Shown one piece after another: positions 63,420 through 64,000 of a stretch of DNA of 64,000 nucleotides. A program made the translations under genes and the position numbers. The notes beneath the pieces are model-generated. The model searched no databases. It saw only the letters and a list, made by a program, of their open reading frames with translations, and had not been told where the DNA came from. The DNA is from a virus, in IMG/VR virus record IMGVR_UViG_3300037704_000085, positions 26,834 to 90,833 of that record; one strand, given 5' to 3'. Positions within the stretch are counted from its first letter, which is position 1, and every line of letters begins with the position of its first letter.

Positions 63420-63444
63420 AGGCCGGGGCGATCCCGGCCTTTTT
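63420..63444 (+). terminator. intrinsic terminator
   Basis: AGGCCGGG-GCGAT-CCCGGCCT followed by a T run. Confidence 0.8.
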
Positions 63445-63461
63445 CACTCACAAGGGACGGT

Positions 63462-63764
63462 ATGGACCAAGAGCAGCAGATTGACCGCGTGGTGTGTTCC
63501 GCGCTTCGCAACAAGGCCGGGGCGATTGTGACCGGCGTTCGGCACTTCGATACCCTGATGCGCGACCAGATCAGGGCGCAGGCGGTCGATAGCAAGCGTG
63601 CGAACGCATGGGCAGTGGCTGAGCAGGGTTTCGTCAATCAGCGGGGGGAGTTCCTGACCCGGCTCGAAGCGTGGCACGTCGCGGCCAATGCCTGCCAGAT
63701 CATCCGCCGCGTGGGCGGGGACGACCGGGACGGCGGTATGCTCTACTCCGAGAACATTTACTGA
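63462..63764 (+). CDS. conserved hypothetical phage protein
   Basis: G.RHFD...EQGFVNQRGEFLTR.EA...LYSENIY. Confidence 0.8.
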   Translation: MDQEQQIDRVVCSALRNKAGAIVTGVRHFDTLMRDQIRAQAVDSKRANAWAVAEQGFVNQRGEFLTRLEAWHVAANACQIIRRVGGDDRDGGMLYSENIY

Positions 63765-63774
63765 GGGCCGCGCC

Positions 63775-64000
63775 ATGTCATGGTTTGGACTAAACACGAT
63801 ACTCAAGCTTGCCGGCCGGCGCGAAGAGCAGCCGGCACTGTCAGCCAATCGCACGGAGCCCACCAAGAGCGTGGTCGAGTTCCTGCCGTCGATTCCCGAC
63901 GAGGGGCTGGTGTTCATCCGGGTCAATACGTCGCACTTACGGCACCAGCACGCCATGGACTACCTGCAAGCCATCCGGCACGGGCTGGACGAGGCGAAGG
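63775..64000 (+). CDS. hypothetical protein (runs off the window end)
   Basis: GAGGG SD; frame open to the end of the window. Confidence 0.5.
   Translation, partial: MSWFGLNTILKLAGRREEQPALSANRTEPTKSVVEFLPSIPDEGLVFIRVNTSHLRHQHAMDYLQAIRHGLDEAK

Overview
The whole 64 kb window is a segment of a GC-rich tailed-phage (myovirus) genome or prophage; no host genes are visible. From left to right it contains: (1) a few small hypothetical genes; (2) a P1-like virion module on the + strand (1.6-46 kb): portal, prohead protease, tape measure with a lysozyme-like domain, baseplate, tail fibre, spike, a Dar-type capsid-cargo/antirestriction set (hdf, InPase-fused darA, an HExxH protein, a second DarA_C-tagged modular protein and a 2300-aa DarB methylase-SNF2 helicase), an extra accessory structural operon, major capsid, sheath and tube; (3) a lysis cassette (membrane proteins, GH108 endolysin, nested Rz/Rz1); (4) a leftward recombination arm (RdgC-FtsK gamma fusion, ParB-like protein, dUTPase, SSB, PD-(D/E)XK exonuclease, Bet); (5) a rightward lambdoid-type replication arm (Cro-like, HNH, initiator, DnaC, RuvC-like, DUF1367, Ref-like, XRE); (6) a roughly 1.6 kb non-coding, densely structured RNA region with its own sigma70 promoter, two atypical tRNAs and a D-arm-less tRNA mimic. 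The most notable observations read directly from the sequence are this structured RNA array, a phage-specific late promoter (YGGAAAR starting exactly 36 nt before a -10 hexamer at six sites), and a recurring [LFM]D-[SAG] putative maturation motif plus shared tags that suggest how modular cargo proteins are packaged and processed in the head. No terminase, integrase or plasmid replicon is in the window. All family assignments come from motif recognition, not database searches.
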